Source: an uncultured Lachnospiraceae bacterium (GTDB lineage Bacteria; Bacillota; Clostridia; Christensenellales; Pumilibacteraceae). From it: a stretch of DNA of 43,665 bases. Below, in pieces: positions 26,963-36,901 of this stretch. Below the pieces are notes generated by a model that worked only from the letters and a program-made list of their open reading frames with translations, did no database searches and had not been told where the DNA came from. Every line of letters starts with the position of its first letter. Positions within the stretch are counted from its first letter, which is position 1. The position numbers were made by a program, and so were the translations under genes. The DNA is taken from contig CAYTKK010000001.1 of NCBI GenBank assembly GCA_964438355.1, forward strand, positions 1 to 43,665, given 5' to 3'.

Positions 26963-27242
26963 TTTACTACCTCACGAAAAATATAGATTATCTTCTCTTT
27001 TATTTTACTTGAAAATACCGCCTCTTGTCAAGACTTTTTATAAAAAACGCCTTCCTTTTATAATTCTTTTCACCGACTGTCGCACGACTAACCGCAAAAA
27101 TATATGCCTGTACATATCCTCGATTCTCGAACGACGCTAAACAAAATCCACTTGCGATAAAAACAGAAAAATATCGAATTTTGTCATATCGTCGACTCGC
27201 CGCCGAATAGTATAAATTACTAAGTGATAAAAGGGGCGAGAC

Positions 27243-27494
27243 ATGAAAGAAGATATTATATCCAGAGCAACTGCGGAGGCTCGATACTTGATAGATACGG
27301 GCGCGACGGTACGCGAAGCTGCCAAAGCTTTCGACGTAAGTAAAAGCACGCTTCACAAAGACGTTACCGAACGGCTTAAACTAATATCGCCTAAACTGCA
27401 CTCCGAAGTTCGTACCGTTCTCGACTTCAACCTTTCCGAACGGCATTTGCGCGGCGGAAACGCAACCAAACTAAAATACGAAAAATGCAAATAA
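27243..27494 (+). CDS. spoIIID: Sporulation transcriptional regulator SpoIIID
   Basis: The 83-aa protein has ATVREAAKAFDVSKSTLHKDVTERL and ERHLRGGNATKLKY, closely paralleling B. subtilis SpoIIID (VSKSTVHKDLTERL, RHLRGGEATKLKY). Confidence 0.9.
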   Translation: MKEDIISRATAEARYLIDTGATVREAAKAFDVSKSTLHKDVTERLKLISPKLHSEVRTVLDFNLSERHLRGGNATKLKYEKCK

Positions 27495-27632
27495 TTCATA
27501 TCAACATCGCCGCAGGAAGCAATATCGCCGCCGATTTACTCTTTGTTTATGGCGAAAAACGCTTTCATCGCACAAATTTCTACCGACAACGACCTTATAT
27601 TCCGTGCGATTTATTATTACCCTCGATAGCGG

Positions 27633-27661
27633 TTGACAAATCAGACAATGTTTAGTATACT
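27633..27661 (+). promoter_or_regulatory. Sigma-A type promoter for the C_GCAxxG_C_C / NSS unit
   Basis: TTGACA (27633-38), a 17-nt spacer, then TATACT (27656-61). Confidence 0.5.
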
Positions 27662-27714
27662 TAAACAAGTGCGCGAACGAAAAGTAACGCAAAAAACGAA
27701 ACGGAGAAACGAAA

Positions 27715-28152
27715 ATGACGAGAGCGGAAAAAGCAAAAGATTATTTTAGCCGCGGATATGCTTGTTCTCAAGCCGTGGCGCTTGCTTTTGCCGACCTTAT
27801 GCAAATAAGCGAAGAGCAAATCGAAAAGATAATGCTCCCCTTCGGCGGCGGACTGGGAAGAATGCGCCTCACCTGCGGAGCGGTAAGCGGAATGGCTGCC
27901 GTTGCCGGTGCGATTTTGTCCGACGGCAAAAACAAATCCGAAACGTACGCTCTTGTGCGCGAAATGGCGGCGAAGTTCGAAGCGGAACTTGGCTCGCTTA
28001 TATGCGCCGACCTTCTTTCGGGAGCCAACCTTAAGCTTGAAAAAGGCGGAAATCCGGACGAAAGAACGGATGAATACTACAAAAAACGCCCTTGCGCGGA
28101 AATCGTTTACGTCGCGGCGAGCATCATAGAGGACGAACTCGCCAAAAGATGA
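27715..28152 (+). CDS. C_GCAxxG_C_C family protein (putative redox-active)
   Basis: The family's Cys pattern is present: GYACSQAV, LTCGAVSG, LICADLL, RPCAEIV. Confidence 0.72.
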   Translation: MTRAEKAKDYFSRGYACSQAVALAFADLMQISEEQIEKIMLPFGGGLGRMRLTCGAVSGMAAVAGAILSDGKNKSETYALVREMAAKFEAELGSLICADLLSGANLKLEKGGNPDERTDEYYKKRPCAEIVYVAASIIEDELAKR

Positions 28153-28269
28153 GGACAAGTCCGGATTCCAAAAGAAAAACGCTTTGCAATCTACCGCCGA
28201 ACGTTCGGTCGGTCGAAATACAACACCGCTTACCAAACGAATCGGTAGGCGAAAGGAAGTAGGAAGAAT

Positions 28270-29652
28270 ATGGAAAACAACAGCCAAAGAGAAACTCTCG
28301 GAAGCCGCCTAGGCTTTATCTTGCTGTCGGCAGGTTGCGCTATAGGCCTTGGCAACGTATGGAAATTTCCGTACATGGTCGGTCAATACGGCGGCGGACT
28401 GTTCGTGCTAATCTACATAGCGTTTCTTGTTATCATCGGAGTGCCGATAATGACAATGGAATTTTCGCTTGGAAGAGCAAGCCGCAAAAGCGTAGTTCAC
28501 CTCTACCGTCCGCTCGAACCGCAAGGTTCAAAGTGGCACATACACGGCTACTTCGCATTAGGCGGAAACGTCATCTTGATGATGTTTTATACCGTTGTTG
28601 CGGGTTGGTTGCTACAATACTTTGCCATGTCCGGAGTCGGCGCGTTCAACGGTATGGATTCTGCCGCCGTTTCGGGACAGTTCGGAGAAATGCTGTCTAA
28701 TCCCGGAATCCAGTATTTGTGCGCGGCTATCGTAGTTGTTCTCGGCTTCTTGGTATGCTCGTTCGGCGTCAAGAAAAGCCTCGAAAAAATCACCAAAGTG
28801 ATGATGATAGCGCTGTTTGTAATTATGATAGTTCTTGCCGTCAGAGCGCTTTTCCTCGAAGGCGCGGCAGAAGGTCTTTACTTCTACCTTGTACCCAACT
28901 TCGAAACAATTGGCGAAGTCGGAATTTTTAACGTCATTTCGGGAGCACTGTCTCAATCGTTCTTTACATTAAGCATAGGAATTGGTTCAATGGCGATATT
29001 CGGCTCGTACCTTGACAAAGAGCGTTCACTGTTGGGCGAAAGCATCAGAATTGCCGCGCTCGACACTTTTGTCGCAATCACCGCTGGTCTTATAATATTC
29101 CCCGTTTGCTTTACGTATAACGACGGTAACGTCGGAGCCGGTCCGTCGCTTATATTCCAAACTTTGCCGAACCTGTTCAACAATATGCCGCTCGGTCAGC
29201 TTTGGGGAAGCCTTTTCTTCCTGTTCCTTGCGTTTGCGGCGCTGTCCACCGTATTTGCCGTTTTCGAAAACATAGTGGCGTGCATCATGGATATTACAAA
29301 ATGGAGCAGACCGAAAACGTGTATAGTATGTTGCGCGGCTATGCTGATACTTATTTTACCCTGCATATTCGGATTCAACATTTGGTCCGGTTGGGCACCG
29401 TTCGGAGGTGATTCTTCGATACTCGACCTCGAGGACTTTATGGTATCCAATATACTTCTACCCATAGGCGCGTTTGTATTCTGCCTGTTCTGCACGCTTA
29501 AGCAAGGCTGGGGCTGGGATAACTTCGTCGAAGAAGCAAACCAAGGCAAGGGCGCAAAAATTAAAAAATGGATGTCGGTATATATGAAGTACATACTGCC
29601 CGTAATAATGTTTGTGTTCATTTTCTTAAGCATTATCACATTCTTTATCTAA
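28270..29652 (+). CDS. Sodium-dependent transporter, neurotransmitter:sodium symporter (SNF/NSS) family
   Basis: It has the N-terminal NSS signature SRLGFILLSAGCAIGLGNVWKFPY and about 11-12 TM helices over 460 aa. Confidence 0.9.
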   Translation: MENNSQRETLGSRLGFILLSAGCAIGLGNVWKFPYMVGQYGGGLFVLIYIAFLVIIGVPIMTMEFSLGRASRKSVVHLYRPLEPQGSKWHIHGYFALGGNVILMMFYTVVAGWLLQYFAMSGVGAFNGMDSAAVSGQFGEMLSNPGIQYLCAAIVVVLGFLVCSFGVKKSLEKITKVMMIALFVIMIVLAVRALFLEGAAEGLYFYLVPNFETIGEVGIFNVISGALSQSFFTLSIGIGSMAIFGSYLDKERSLLGESIRIAALDTFVAITAGLIIFPVCFTYNDGNVGAGPSLIFQTLPNLFNNMPLGQLWGSLFFLFLAFAALSTVFAVFENIVACIMDITKWSRPKTCIVCCAAMLILILPCIFGFNIWSGWAPFGGDSSILDLEDFMVSNILLPIGAFVFCLFCTLKQGWGWDNFVEEANQGKGAKIKKWMSVYMKYILPVIMFVFIFLSIITFFI

Positions 29653-29685
29653 GCCGCTTACAAAAAACAACAATCTAAAAAACAC

Positions 29686-29725
29686 GCAATCCGATTCTTC
29701 GTTTCGAAGAATCGGATTGCTTTTT
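29686..29725. terminator. Bidirectional rho-independent terminator
   Basis: GCAATCCGATTCTTCG-ttt-CGAAGAATCGGATTGC-TTTTT, a 16-bp perfect stem, with an A-run upstream. It lies between the convergent NSS gene and the end of the his operon. Confidence 0.8.
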
Positions 29726-29783
29726 GTATACTGTAATTAAATTTACGTTATCGAAAAAACTAATAACCGGTCCGCGCGGAAAA

Positions 29784-30524
29784 TCAAATCTTCGTCTTGC
29801 ACGAGAGCGCACCGACAAGCGACTCGACCGAATGCGAATCGCTGGAAAAAACAAGTTCTCCGCCCTTCTCCTTAATATGCCGCAAAATAGCCGAACTCGG
29901 ATAAGGTTGCGACCTTATCCCGCGTATAACAGCTCCGAAATTAACCTCGAATGTCTTCCCTTTTTCGATTAGCTTGTCTACCGCGCAAAACGCCGCTTCC
30001 AGATAACGCGAGTCGCATTCGTCGAAATATTTGTTCCCCTCGTTGTATTTTGCTATTAGGTCAAAATGCGCGACAATGCTAACCTCGTCGCGAGAACAGA
30101 CATCTACTACAGCTTCGAAATAGTTTTTTGCCGCCAAGATATAATCGCCTTTATAAAGCCGCCGAACCGCCGACACGAAAATTTGCTCGCTTGCGTCTAC
30201 GGCGTAATTTTTATCAGGCGCAAAATAATGAACCGCGCCGATAACAAAATCGTATCCGCCAGTACTCTGCGCGCTCGAATACGAATCAAGCTCCAATCCG
30301 CAAAGAATCTCCGCGCGAAACGCATATTTGCGTTTTAATGCATTCACCTCGCCGATAAATTCCCGCTCTTTGTTAGGAGAAATACAACACTCTGGTTCGA
30401 ATGCGACAAACGAGTGCGCGACTATCCCTAGTCGATTTGCCCCGCACGTCACCGCCGCCTGCGCCATTTCGGCGGGTGTGTTTTTCCCGTCGCAAAACGC
30501 GGTATGCACGTGCATATCCGTCAT
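29784..30524 (-). CDS. hisK: Histidinol-phosphatase, PHP family
   Basis: It starts [13 protein letters not shown] (the PHP metal-binding motif), continues with HSF and FSSDSH, and is the last gene of the his operon. Confidence 0.85.
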   Translation of the reverse strand: MTDMHVHTAFCDGKNTPAEMAQAAVTCGANRLGIVAHSFVAFEPECCISPNKEREFIGEVNALKRKYAFRAEILCGLELDSYSSAQSTGGYDFVIGAVHYFAPDKNYAVDASEQIFVSAVRRLYKGDYILAAKNYFEAVVDVCSRDEVSIVAHFDLIAKYNEGNKYFDECDSRYLEAAFCAVDKLIEKGKTFEVNFGAVIRGIRSQPYPSSAILRHIKEKGGELVFSSDSHSVESLVGALSCKTKI

Positions 30525-31171
30525 TGCGTCATTTTCTCCTGCTTTACTTTTTTGTCGATAACATGCCTAGACGCAAGTTCGGCGTGAATATCGGCAAGCG
30601 AAATACCCTGTTCTATCATTAGCACCATTACATGATACGCAAGGTCCGCGATTTCGTATATAGTTTCCTTTTTGTCCTCCGCCTTTGCCGCGATGATAAC
30701 CTCGGCGCATTCCTCACCCACTTTTTTCAGTATCTTGTCCAATCCCTTTTCGAACAGGTACGTCGTGTACGAGCCTTCTTTTTTCTCCGTTTTTCTGCCC
30801 TCGATAAGCCTCATAAGCGCAAAAAGCGAAAAATCCTTTTCGTCCTCGTTTTCCCATAGTTCGTTAAAAAAACAACTCTCTTCTCCTGTGTGGCACGCCG
30901 GTCCGTCGGGAATAACCGTAACCACCAGAGCGTCACAGTCGCAGTCTGCAATAATAGACACTACGTGCTGGTAATTCCCGCTGGTCTCGCCCTTAAGCCA
31001 AAGTTCGTTTCTCGAACGCGACCAAAAGCAGGTTAGTTTTTTCTCCATCGTTATCTTTAGACTTTCTCGGTTCATATACGCGAGAGTAAGCACTCTCTTA
31101 GTCACCTCGTCCACAACGATTGCGGGAATGAGTCCTTTTTCGTCAAATTTAAGTTTTTCTACATTTATCAT
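30521..31171 (-). CDS. hisI: Bifunctional phosphoribosyl-AMP cyclohydrolase / phosphoribosyl-ATP pyrophosphatase
   Basis: The HisI part is [20 protein letters not shown]...DCDCDALVV...PACHTG. The HisE part is [27 protein letters not shown]. Confidence 0.92.
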   Translation of the reverse strand: MINVEKLKFDEKGLIPAIVVDEVTKRVLTLAYMNRESLKITMEKKLTCFWSRSRNELWLKGETSGNYQHVVSIIADCDCDALVVTVIPDGPACHTGEESCFFNELWENEDEKDFSLFALMRLIEGRKTEKKEGSYTTYLFEKGLDKILKKVGEECAEVIIAAKAEDKKETIYEIADLAYHVMVLMIEQGISLADIHAELASRHVIDKKVKQEKMTQ

Positions 31172-31251
31172 AATCTTACCTCTCGGCGTCTCTGCCGGAA
31201 CATTTTTATTTTATTATCTAGACGCAATCCACTTAAAATCCGAGTCGCTCC

Positions 31252-32010
31252 TTATACGCGCACGGCAATACCTCTTTCCGACAGCGTTTTTTTCAACTCG
31301 CTGATTTTAACCTCTCCGAAGTGGAATATAGAAGCGGCGAGTCCCGCGTCCACCTTCGGTATACTTCCAAACAACGTTACAAAATCCTCGACGCATCCCG
31401 CGCCGCCCGAAGCTATAACGGGAACATTTACCGTTTCGCACACCGCCGACAGAAGCTCTAGGTCAAATCCTCGCTTAACTCCGTCCGTATCCATAGAATT
31501 TATAACGAGTTCGCCCGCACCGTTATCCATGCCTCGTTTTATCCACTCCAAGGCGTCCAGTCCGGTGTTTTCGCGTCCGCCCTTAGCGAACACGCGATAT
31601 ACTCCGTCCACGCGCTTAACGTCGACGGACAACACGACGCACTGGTTCCCGTAGCGCTTTGCCGCTTCGTAAATAAGCGACGGATTTTTTATCGCTCCCG
31701 AATTTACGCTTACCTTGTCCGCGCCGCACTTAAGCACTCTGTCAAAATCGCTAAGCTCGTTTATTCCGCCGCCCACGGTAAGCGGTATAAATATCGTGGA
31801 GGCGACTTCGCGCAAAATGTCCGTAAACAATGTACGCCCCTCGGCAGAAGCGGTTATATCATAAAAAACCAACTCGTCGGCGCCGTTTTCGCTGTAATAC
31901 TTACCCAGCTCTATCGGGGAGGAAACATCCGAAAGATTGCCAAAGTTAACGCCCTTTACAACTCTGCCGTCACGAACGTCCAGACACGGTATAATCCTTT
32001 TCGTAATCAT
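31252..32010 (-). CDS. hisF: Imidazole glycerol phosphate synthase, cyclase subunit
   Basis: KRIIPCLDVRDGRVVKGVNF...LTVGGGI...ASGGAG. Confidence 0.95.
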   Translation of the reverse strand: MITKRIIPCLDVRDGRVVKGVNFGNLSDVSSPIELGKYYSENGADELVFYDITASAEGRTLFTDILREVASTIFIPLTVGGGINELSDFDRVLKCGADKVSVNSGAIKNPSLIYEAAKRYGNQCVVLSVDVKRVDGVYRVFAKGGRENTGLDALEWIKRGMDNGAGELVINSMDTDGVKRGFDLELLSAVCETVNVPVIASGGAGCVEDFVTLFGSIPKVDAGLAASIFHFGEVKISELKKTLSERGIAVRV

Positions 32011-32738
32011 TTTGCCTTCTCCACTGCCTCGTCTATCTTAATCGCACCTACATAATATGCCTTACCTATTATCGCTCCGTAAACGCCCGTATTTTTAAGT
32101 CTTATTACGTCTTCGATTGACGAAACTCCGCCGGACGCTATTATCCTTACGCCCAATGCATTCAGCCGTTCGTACAACGTGTGATTCGTCCCTTGCATAG
32201 CTCCGTCCTTAGTTACATCTGTCACGATGAGCGTCTTTACGCCGAGGGCTGCCATTTCTTTACAAAACCTCTCGCCGTCTTTACCCGATTTTTCGGTCCA
32301 CCCTCTAATTGCCGCCTTCCCGTCCTTGATGTCGACTCCGACGGCTATCTTTTCGCCGTACTTATCAACAGCAGCACGCAAAAATTCGCCGTCGTTTACC
32401 GCCGCAGTTCCCAAAATAACGCGAGCCACTCCTGCCGCGATATAGCTGTCCACCACATTCATATTTCGTATCCCGCCGCCTATTTCCACGCTTAATCCGC
32501 TTTTTTCTATAAGCGTCTTGACCATCGCAAGAGCAGGCGTTTCACCGGTTTTTGCTCCCTCTAAATCAACTACGTGCAGGTCTTTAGCTCCGCACGAAGC
32601 AAAATATAGCGCCACCGCAAGCGGGTCCTCGCTATAGACGGTCATTTTGGAATAGTCGCCTTTATAAAGCCGAACCACTTTACCTTCGTATAAGTCTATC
32701 GCAGGAAAAATCTTCACTGATGTATCTCCGTTTTGCAA
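32007..32738 (-). CDS. hisA: ProFAR isomerase (1-(5-phosphoribosyl)-5-[(5-phosphoribosylamino)methylideneamino]imidazole-4-carboxamide isomerase)
   Basis: IFPAIDLYEGKVVRLYKGDY...EIGGGIR...IASGGVSS. The start is uncertain: it is either the TTG at 32738, or the GTG at 32717, which forms a GTGA overlap with the hisH stop. Confidence 0.92.
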   Translation of the reverse strand: MQNGDTSVKIFPAIDLYEGKVVRLYKGDYSKMTVYSEDPLAVALYFASCGAKDLHVVDLEGAKTGETPALAMVKTLIEKSGLSVEIGGGIRNMNVVDSYIAAGVARVILGTAAVNDGEFLRAAVDKYGEKIAVGVDIKDGKAAIRGWTEKSGKDGERFCKEMAALGVKTLIVTDVTKDGAMQGTNHTLYERLNALGVRIIASGGVSSIEDVIRLKNTGVYGAIIGKAYYVGAIKIDEAVEKAK

Positions 32739-33331
32739 AAAGCGCGTAAAATATTAAGTCCGACACTGCCGCTCTTTTCCGGGTGAAACTGACAACCGTA
32801 AACATTGCCGTCCGCAACCGCCGCGGTGAGGTCTGCGCCGTATTCCGCCGTTGCGATGACGCTATCGCAATTCGCGCCGTAATACGAATGCACGAAATAA
32901 ACGTAATCTCCGTCGTTTATATACTTAAACAGTTCGTTTTTTTTCGTAAAACGTAAAGCGTTCCAGCCGATATGCGGAATCTTGTAGCCTTGCGGAATCA
33001 CTTCCGATATAGGTCTGATTTCGCCTCGTATTAGTCCCAGTCCGTCATGAACGCCGTATTCGTAGCTACGTTCGAATAATAATTGCATTCCCAAGCAAAT
33101 TCCCAAAAGCGGAACTCCGCGTTTAGTCATTGCGACTATCGTTTTATCAAGTTCGCTTCTTTTTAACCGTTCGGCAGCGTCGCCGAACGCTCCGACCCCC
33201 GGAAGTACCAATCTGTCCGCACTTTCGATAGTAGCCTTATCTCCGCTTGCAATCGCGTCTACTCCGATTGCGCGAAACGAACTCACTAGCGAAAACAGGT
33301 TTCCGACGCCGTAATCAACGATGACCAGCAT
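32714..33331 (-). CDS. hisH: Imidazole glycerol phosphate synthase, glutaminase subunit
   Basis: VIVDYGVGNLFSL...LPGVGAFG...GICLGMQLL...HSY...QFHPEKS. Confidence 0.95.
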   Translation of the reverse strand: MLVIVDYGVGNLFSLVSSFRAIGVDAIASGDKATIESADRLVLPGVGAFGDAAERLKRSELDKTIVAMTKRGVPLLGICLGMQLLFERSYEYGVHDGLGLIRGEIRPISEVIPQGYKIPHIGWNALRFTKKNELFKYINDGDYVYFVHSYYGANCDSVIATAEYGADLTAAVADGNVYGCQFHPEKSGSVGLNILRAFCKTEIHQ

Positions 33332-33918
33332 TAAAGCACTCCTTTTGTGGACGGAATCTCGCCGGGGAATTGCGCGTCGACGGCTATCGCCTTGCGCATA
33401 GAACGTGCAACGGACTTAAATACGGCTTCTATTATATGGTGTGCGTTCACTCCCGACAACTGACGTATATGCAACGTACAGCACGCGTTTGAAGCGAACG
33501 CTTGCCAAAATTCGCCTACAAGCTCGGTGTCGAAATCTCCGACCTTACTTGCCTTTACGTCAAGGTCGAGCGAAAGATATATCCTACCCGAAACGTCTAC
33601 AGCCGACAACACCAGCGCCTCGTCCATAGGCAAAGTCGTATCCGCATAGCGCACGATACCGCGTTTGTCTCCCAACGCCTTATTGAAAGCCTGTCCCAAA
33701 CATATACCTATGTCCTCAACCGAATGATGATAATCAACGTCCGTATCGCCCTTGCAACGCAATTTCAAATCAAATCTACCGTGACGCGCGAACAGCGTAA
33801 GCATATGGTCGAAAAACGCACAGCCGCTGTCTATATCGCCGTTGCCGCTGCCGTCAAGATTCAGCGTAAGCGTTATATCCGTTTCATTGGTCGTTCTGAC
33901 AATTTCAGCCGTTCTCAT
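33331..33918 (-). CDS. hisB: Imidazoleglycerol-phosphate dehydratase
   Basis: RTTNETDITLTLNLDG...FDHML...GDTDVDYHHSVEDIGI...NAHHIIEAVFKS. Confidence 0.95.
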   Translation of the reverse strand: MRTAEIVRTTNETDITLTLNLDGSGNGDIDSGCAFFDHMLTLFARHGRFDLKLRCKGDTDVDYHHSVEDIGICLGQAFNKALGDKRGIVRYADTTLPMDEALVLSAVDVSGRIYLSLDLDVKASKVGDFDTELVGEFWQAFASNACCTLHIRQLSGVNAHHIIEAVFKSVARSMRKAIAVDAQFPGEIPSTKGVL

Positions 33919-34979
33919 TGTAATTCCTCCAAAATTTCTTTTATCGCGGCAAGCAGAACGTCCATTTGTTCTCGACTTCCCACGGTTATTCTGTTATAAT
34001 CTTTAATCGAAGGCTTGTCAAAATGTCTGACCAGCACTCCGCGCTTTTTAAGTTCTCGATACAAAGTTTCGCCATCCACATCAGGATGTCGCACGAAGAT
34101 AAAATTCGCCGCAGAATCGGTATGCGTAAAACCGATTCTTTCCAAAGCCTCGGTTATAAACGCGCGATTTTCGACAATAGCCGCGCAGTTCGAACGAAAA
34201 TACTCGTCGTCTAAAAGCGCGCCCTCACCTGCCGCCGCCGTCACGCGATTGACGTTGTAAGGATTGTTAGAGTATCGCAAGCGTTGCAAATCCGCAATAA
34301 TTTCCCTGTTTGCCACGCCGAATCCGAGTCGAGCACCTGCCATTGAGCGCGACTTCGAAAACGTTTGCGTTACCAAAAGATTGGGATATTTATCTATAAG
34401 TCCGACGGCACTTTCCGCGCCGAAATCCACGTATGCCTCGTCTATGACCACGACGTTGTTCGGGTGCGAAACAAGCAGTCTTTCTATTTCCTCGATAGTC
34501 AAAGCTATTCCGGTCGGAGCATTGGGATTGGCTATAAAAAGCGTTCCTTTTGCCGAGGCAAACGCTTCGACGTCCATAGTAAAATCCGATTTTAGCGGCA
34601 ATACCGTGCTCGGCACGCCGTTTATGTCCGCAAAAACGCTGTAAAAACCGTAAGTAATATCCGCAAAAACCGCCGGGCAATCCTTTGAACAGTACGCCAT
34701 AAAAGCAAAATTAAGCACTTCGTCGGAGCCGTTCGTCAGAATAATATTGTCATTTCCGACACCCAGTCGTTCGGCAAGAATTGTCGTAAGTTCGCGGCAG
34801 TCCGGATCGGGATACAGCATAAGTTTATCAAGCTGCTTCGAAGCAAAATCAATGGCTTTATCGGAAGGCGGAAAAGGCGATTCGTTAGTGTTAAGCTTAA
34901 CGTATTTTCGCTCTTTTGGTTGTTCGCCCGGGGTATACGGCACGAGCAAATCATATTTTTCGCTTAAAAATCTACTCAT
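33915..34979 (-). CDS. hisC: Histidinol-phosphate aminotransferase
   Basis: KLNTNESPFPP...YPD...NPNAPTG...DEAY..F...TFSKSRSMAGARLG (the PLP lysine motif). I prefer the ATG at 34979 to the TTG at 34997. Confidence 0.92.
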   Translation of the reverse strand: MSRFLSEKYDLLVPYTPGEQPKERKYVKLNTNESPFPPSDKAIDFASKQLDKLMLYPDPDCRELTTILAERLGVGNDNIILTNGSDEVLNFAFMAYCSKDCPAVFADITYGFYSVFADINGVPSTVLPLKSDFTMDVEAFASAKGTLFIANPNAPTGIALTIEEIERLLVSHPNNVVVIDEAYVDFGAESAVGLIDKYPNLLVTQTFSKSRSMAGARLGFGVANREIIADLQRLRYSNNPYNVNRVTAAAGEGALLDDEYFRSNCAAIVENRAFITEALERIGFTHTDSAANFIFVRHPDVDGETLYRELKKRGVLVRHFDKPSIKDYNRITVGSREQMDVLLAAIKEILEELQ

Positions 34980-34997
34980 AATTCTCGAACCTCGCAA

Positions 34998-36269
34998 CTA
35001 ATCCTCGAACCTCACAACCGCGCTTTTTGCATGAGCTGTCAATCCCTCTTGCTTTGCAAAATACTCGACGTCTCTGCATACTTTTTTAAGCTCCGTCTCG
35101 TCGTAATAAATATATTGCGTTTTCTTAACAAAGTCATCCACGGACAGCGGAGACGAAAATCTCGCCGTGCCGGACGTTGGCAAAGTGTGATTGGTCCCTG
35201 CAAAATAATCGCCTATCGCCTCGGGACAATAGCGTCCCAAAAATACCGAGCCTGCGTGTTTGATTTTTTTAAGGTACTCAAACGGCTCGCCCACACAAAT
35301 TTCGAGGTGCTCGGGAGCAATAGCGTTTGCTATCTCAGTCGTTTCTTCAAGCGTTCCGGTAACGATTATCTTGCCATAATCGTCAATCGACGCGCGCGCT
35401 ATTTCACTTCGTGCAAGCAACGGAATCTGCTTTTCTATCTCGTCCGAAACAGCGACGGCAAACTCTTCGCTGTCGGTAACAAGCACGGCACTTGCCAGTT
35501 TATCGTGTTCTGCTTGCGACAATAGGTCGGCTGCGATGTGTCTAGGATTGTTCTTATCGTCGGCAATAACCATTATCTCGCTGGGACCTGCTATCATATC
35601 AATCGAAACCAAGCCGAACACCTGACGCTTTGCTTCCGCGACAAACGCATTGCCTGGGCCTACTATCTTGTCGACCTTGGGTACGCTTTCCGTTCCGTAC
35701 GCCAGCGCCGCAATCGCCTGCGCGCCGCCCGTCTTATAAATCTCAGTAACTCCGGCAACGCGAGCCGCCGCCAAAATAACGGGATTTACCTTGCCGCCGC
35801 GCCCCGGAGGCGTAACCATTACTACTTTTTCGCACCCGGCAATAACCGCAGGAATCGCGTCCATCAATACGGTCGAAGGATACGCCGCCGTGCCTCCGGG
35901 AACATACAACCCCGCACGCTCGATCGGAATTACCTTTTGTCCGATTATAGCTCCTCCGCGCTTAAATTCGAAGCCGTCGCGTCTTTGACGAAGGTGAAAT
36001 TCACGAATATTCGCCGCAGCTTTTTCGAGAACGTCGATAAATTCCTTACCTACCGTTGCCACTGCGTCGTCGATTTCCTGCGTCGACACCCGCAAAGAAT
36101 CCAATTTTACTTTATCGAACTTTTCGCACAGCTCGAATAAAGCCTTATCTCCCTCGCTTTTTACCTTTTCGATTATGTCGGCGACCACACCCGAAACGTC
36201 GACGCGGTTTTCCTTTGCGGAAAAAATTTCGTTTCTGTCCTTGCCGCTCAATTTAATTATCTTTATCAT
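34998..36269 (-). CDS. hisD: Histidinol dehydrogenase
   Basis: LYVPGGTAAYPSTVLM...GPGNAFVAEAKR...IAGPSE...QAEHD...HLE. Confidence 0.95.
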   Translation of the reverse strand: MIKIIKLSGKDRNEIFSAKENRVDVSGVVADIIEKVKSEGDKALFELCEKFDKVKLDSLRVSTQEIDDAVATVGKEFIDVLEKAAANIREFHLRQRRDGFEFKRGGAIIGQKVIPIERAGLYVPGGTAAYPSTVLMDAIPAVIAGCEKVVMVTPPGRGGKVNPVILAAARVAGVTEIYKTGGAQAIAALAYGTESVPKVDKIVGPGNAFVAEAKRQVFGLVSIDMIAGPSEIMVIADDKNNPRHIAADLLSQAEHDKLASAVLVTDSEEFAVAVSDEIEKQIPLLARSEIARASIDDYGKIIVTGTLEETTEIANAIAPEHLEICVGEPFEYLKKIKHAGSVFLGRYCPEAIGDYFAGTNHTLPTSGTARFSSPLSVDDFVKKTQYIYYDETELKKVCRDVEYFAKQEGLTAHAKSAVVRFED

Positions 36270-36901
36270 TGAAAACTCTCCGTTAGCCTTTCCATTTCCG
36301 CCCTGACTTGTTCTATCGAATCGCCCTTAAAATTAAAGCTCGACTTGTTCGCGATCAGCCTAGCGCTTATCGCGGCGAATTTATCCACCACTTCGAGATG
36401 ATTTTCGCGCAAAGTGGTGCCCGTTTCCACAATATCGACAATGACGTCCGAAAGCCCGACGATGGGAGCAAGTTCGATAGAGCCGTTAAGCCTAACGATG
36501 TCTATATCGCGTCCGCGCGCCGCATAATAATTTTTTGCGACGTTAGGGAACTTCGTCGCGACCACCAATGCGTGAGTGCGGTCGTCCGTAAAACCGGATT
36601 TCGCCGCAATCGCCATAAAGCACTTGCCTATTTTAAGGTCGAGCAGTTCGTAAACGTCGGGGGCGTATTCCATTAGAATATCCTTGCCGGCAACGCCTAT
36701 GTCCGCGGCGCCGCGCTCTACGTAAACGGCAACGTCGGACGGTTTCACCCAAAAGTACCGAACTCCGACTTGCTCGTTTTCGAATATAAGTTTACGATTG
36801 TTTTCCTTAATCGACGGACATTCGAAGCCTGCGCTTTCAAACATAGAATAAACGCGTTCGCCGAGTCTGCCCTTCGGCAGAGCAACGTTAAGCATTTTCA
36901 T
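36266..36901 (-). CDS. hisG: ATP phosphoribosyltransferase, short (HisZ-dependent) form
   Basis: The 211-aa protein has LNVALPKGRL...DVAVYVERGAADIGVAGKD...DIVETGTTLREN and no C-terminal regulatory domain. Confidence 0.93.
   Translation of the reverse strand: MKMLNVALPKGRLGERVYSMFESAGFECPSIKENNRKLIFENEQVGVRYFWVKPSDVAVYVERGAADIGVAGKDILMEYAPDVYELLDLKIGKCFMAIAAKSGFTDDRTHALVVATKFPNVAKNYYAARGRDIDIVRLNGSIELAPIVGLSDVIVDIVETGTTLRENHLEVVDKFAAISARLIANKSSFNFKGDSIEQVRAEMERLTESFQ

Noticed and set aside
26963-27242. A sigma-E type promoter for spoIIID, or a missing pspA-like small gene, in the 280-bp gap.
   Set aside because: The sequence GTCATATC, 14 nt, then GAATAGTAT loosely resembles sigma-E -35/-10 elements. 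The match is too weak to call without a position weight matrix. I found no ORF with PspA-like coiled-coil character, and the listed ORFs 27000-27356 and 27137-27349 look spurious.
27661-28287. The 208-aa minus-strand ORF, together with the overlapping short ORFs at 27762-28129.
   Set aside because: They lie antisense to, or out of frame with, the C_GCAxxG_C_C gene, which has the family's Cys motifs, a promoter and an RBS.
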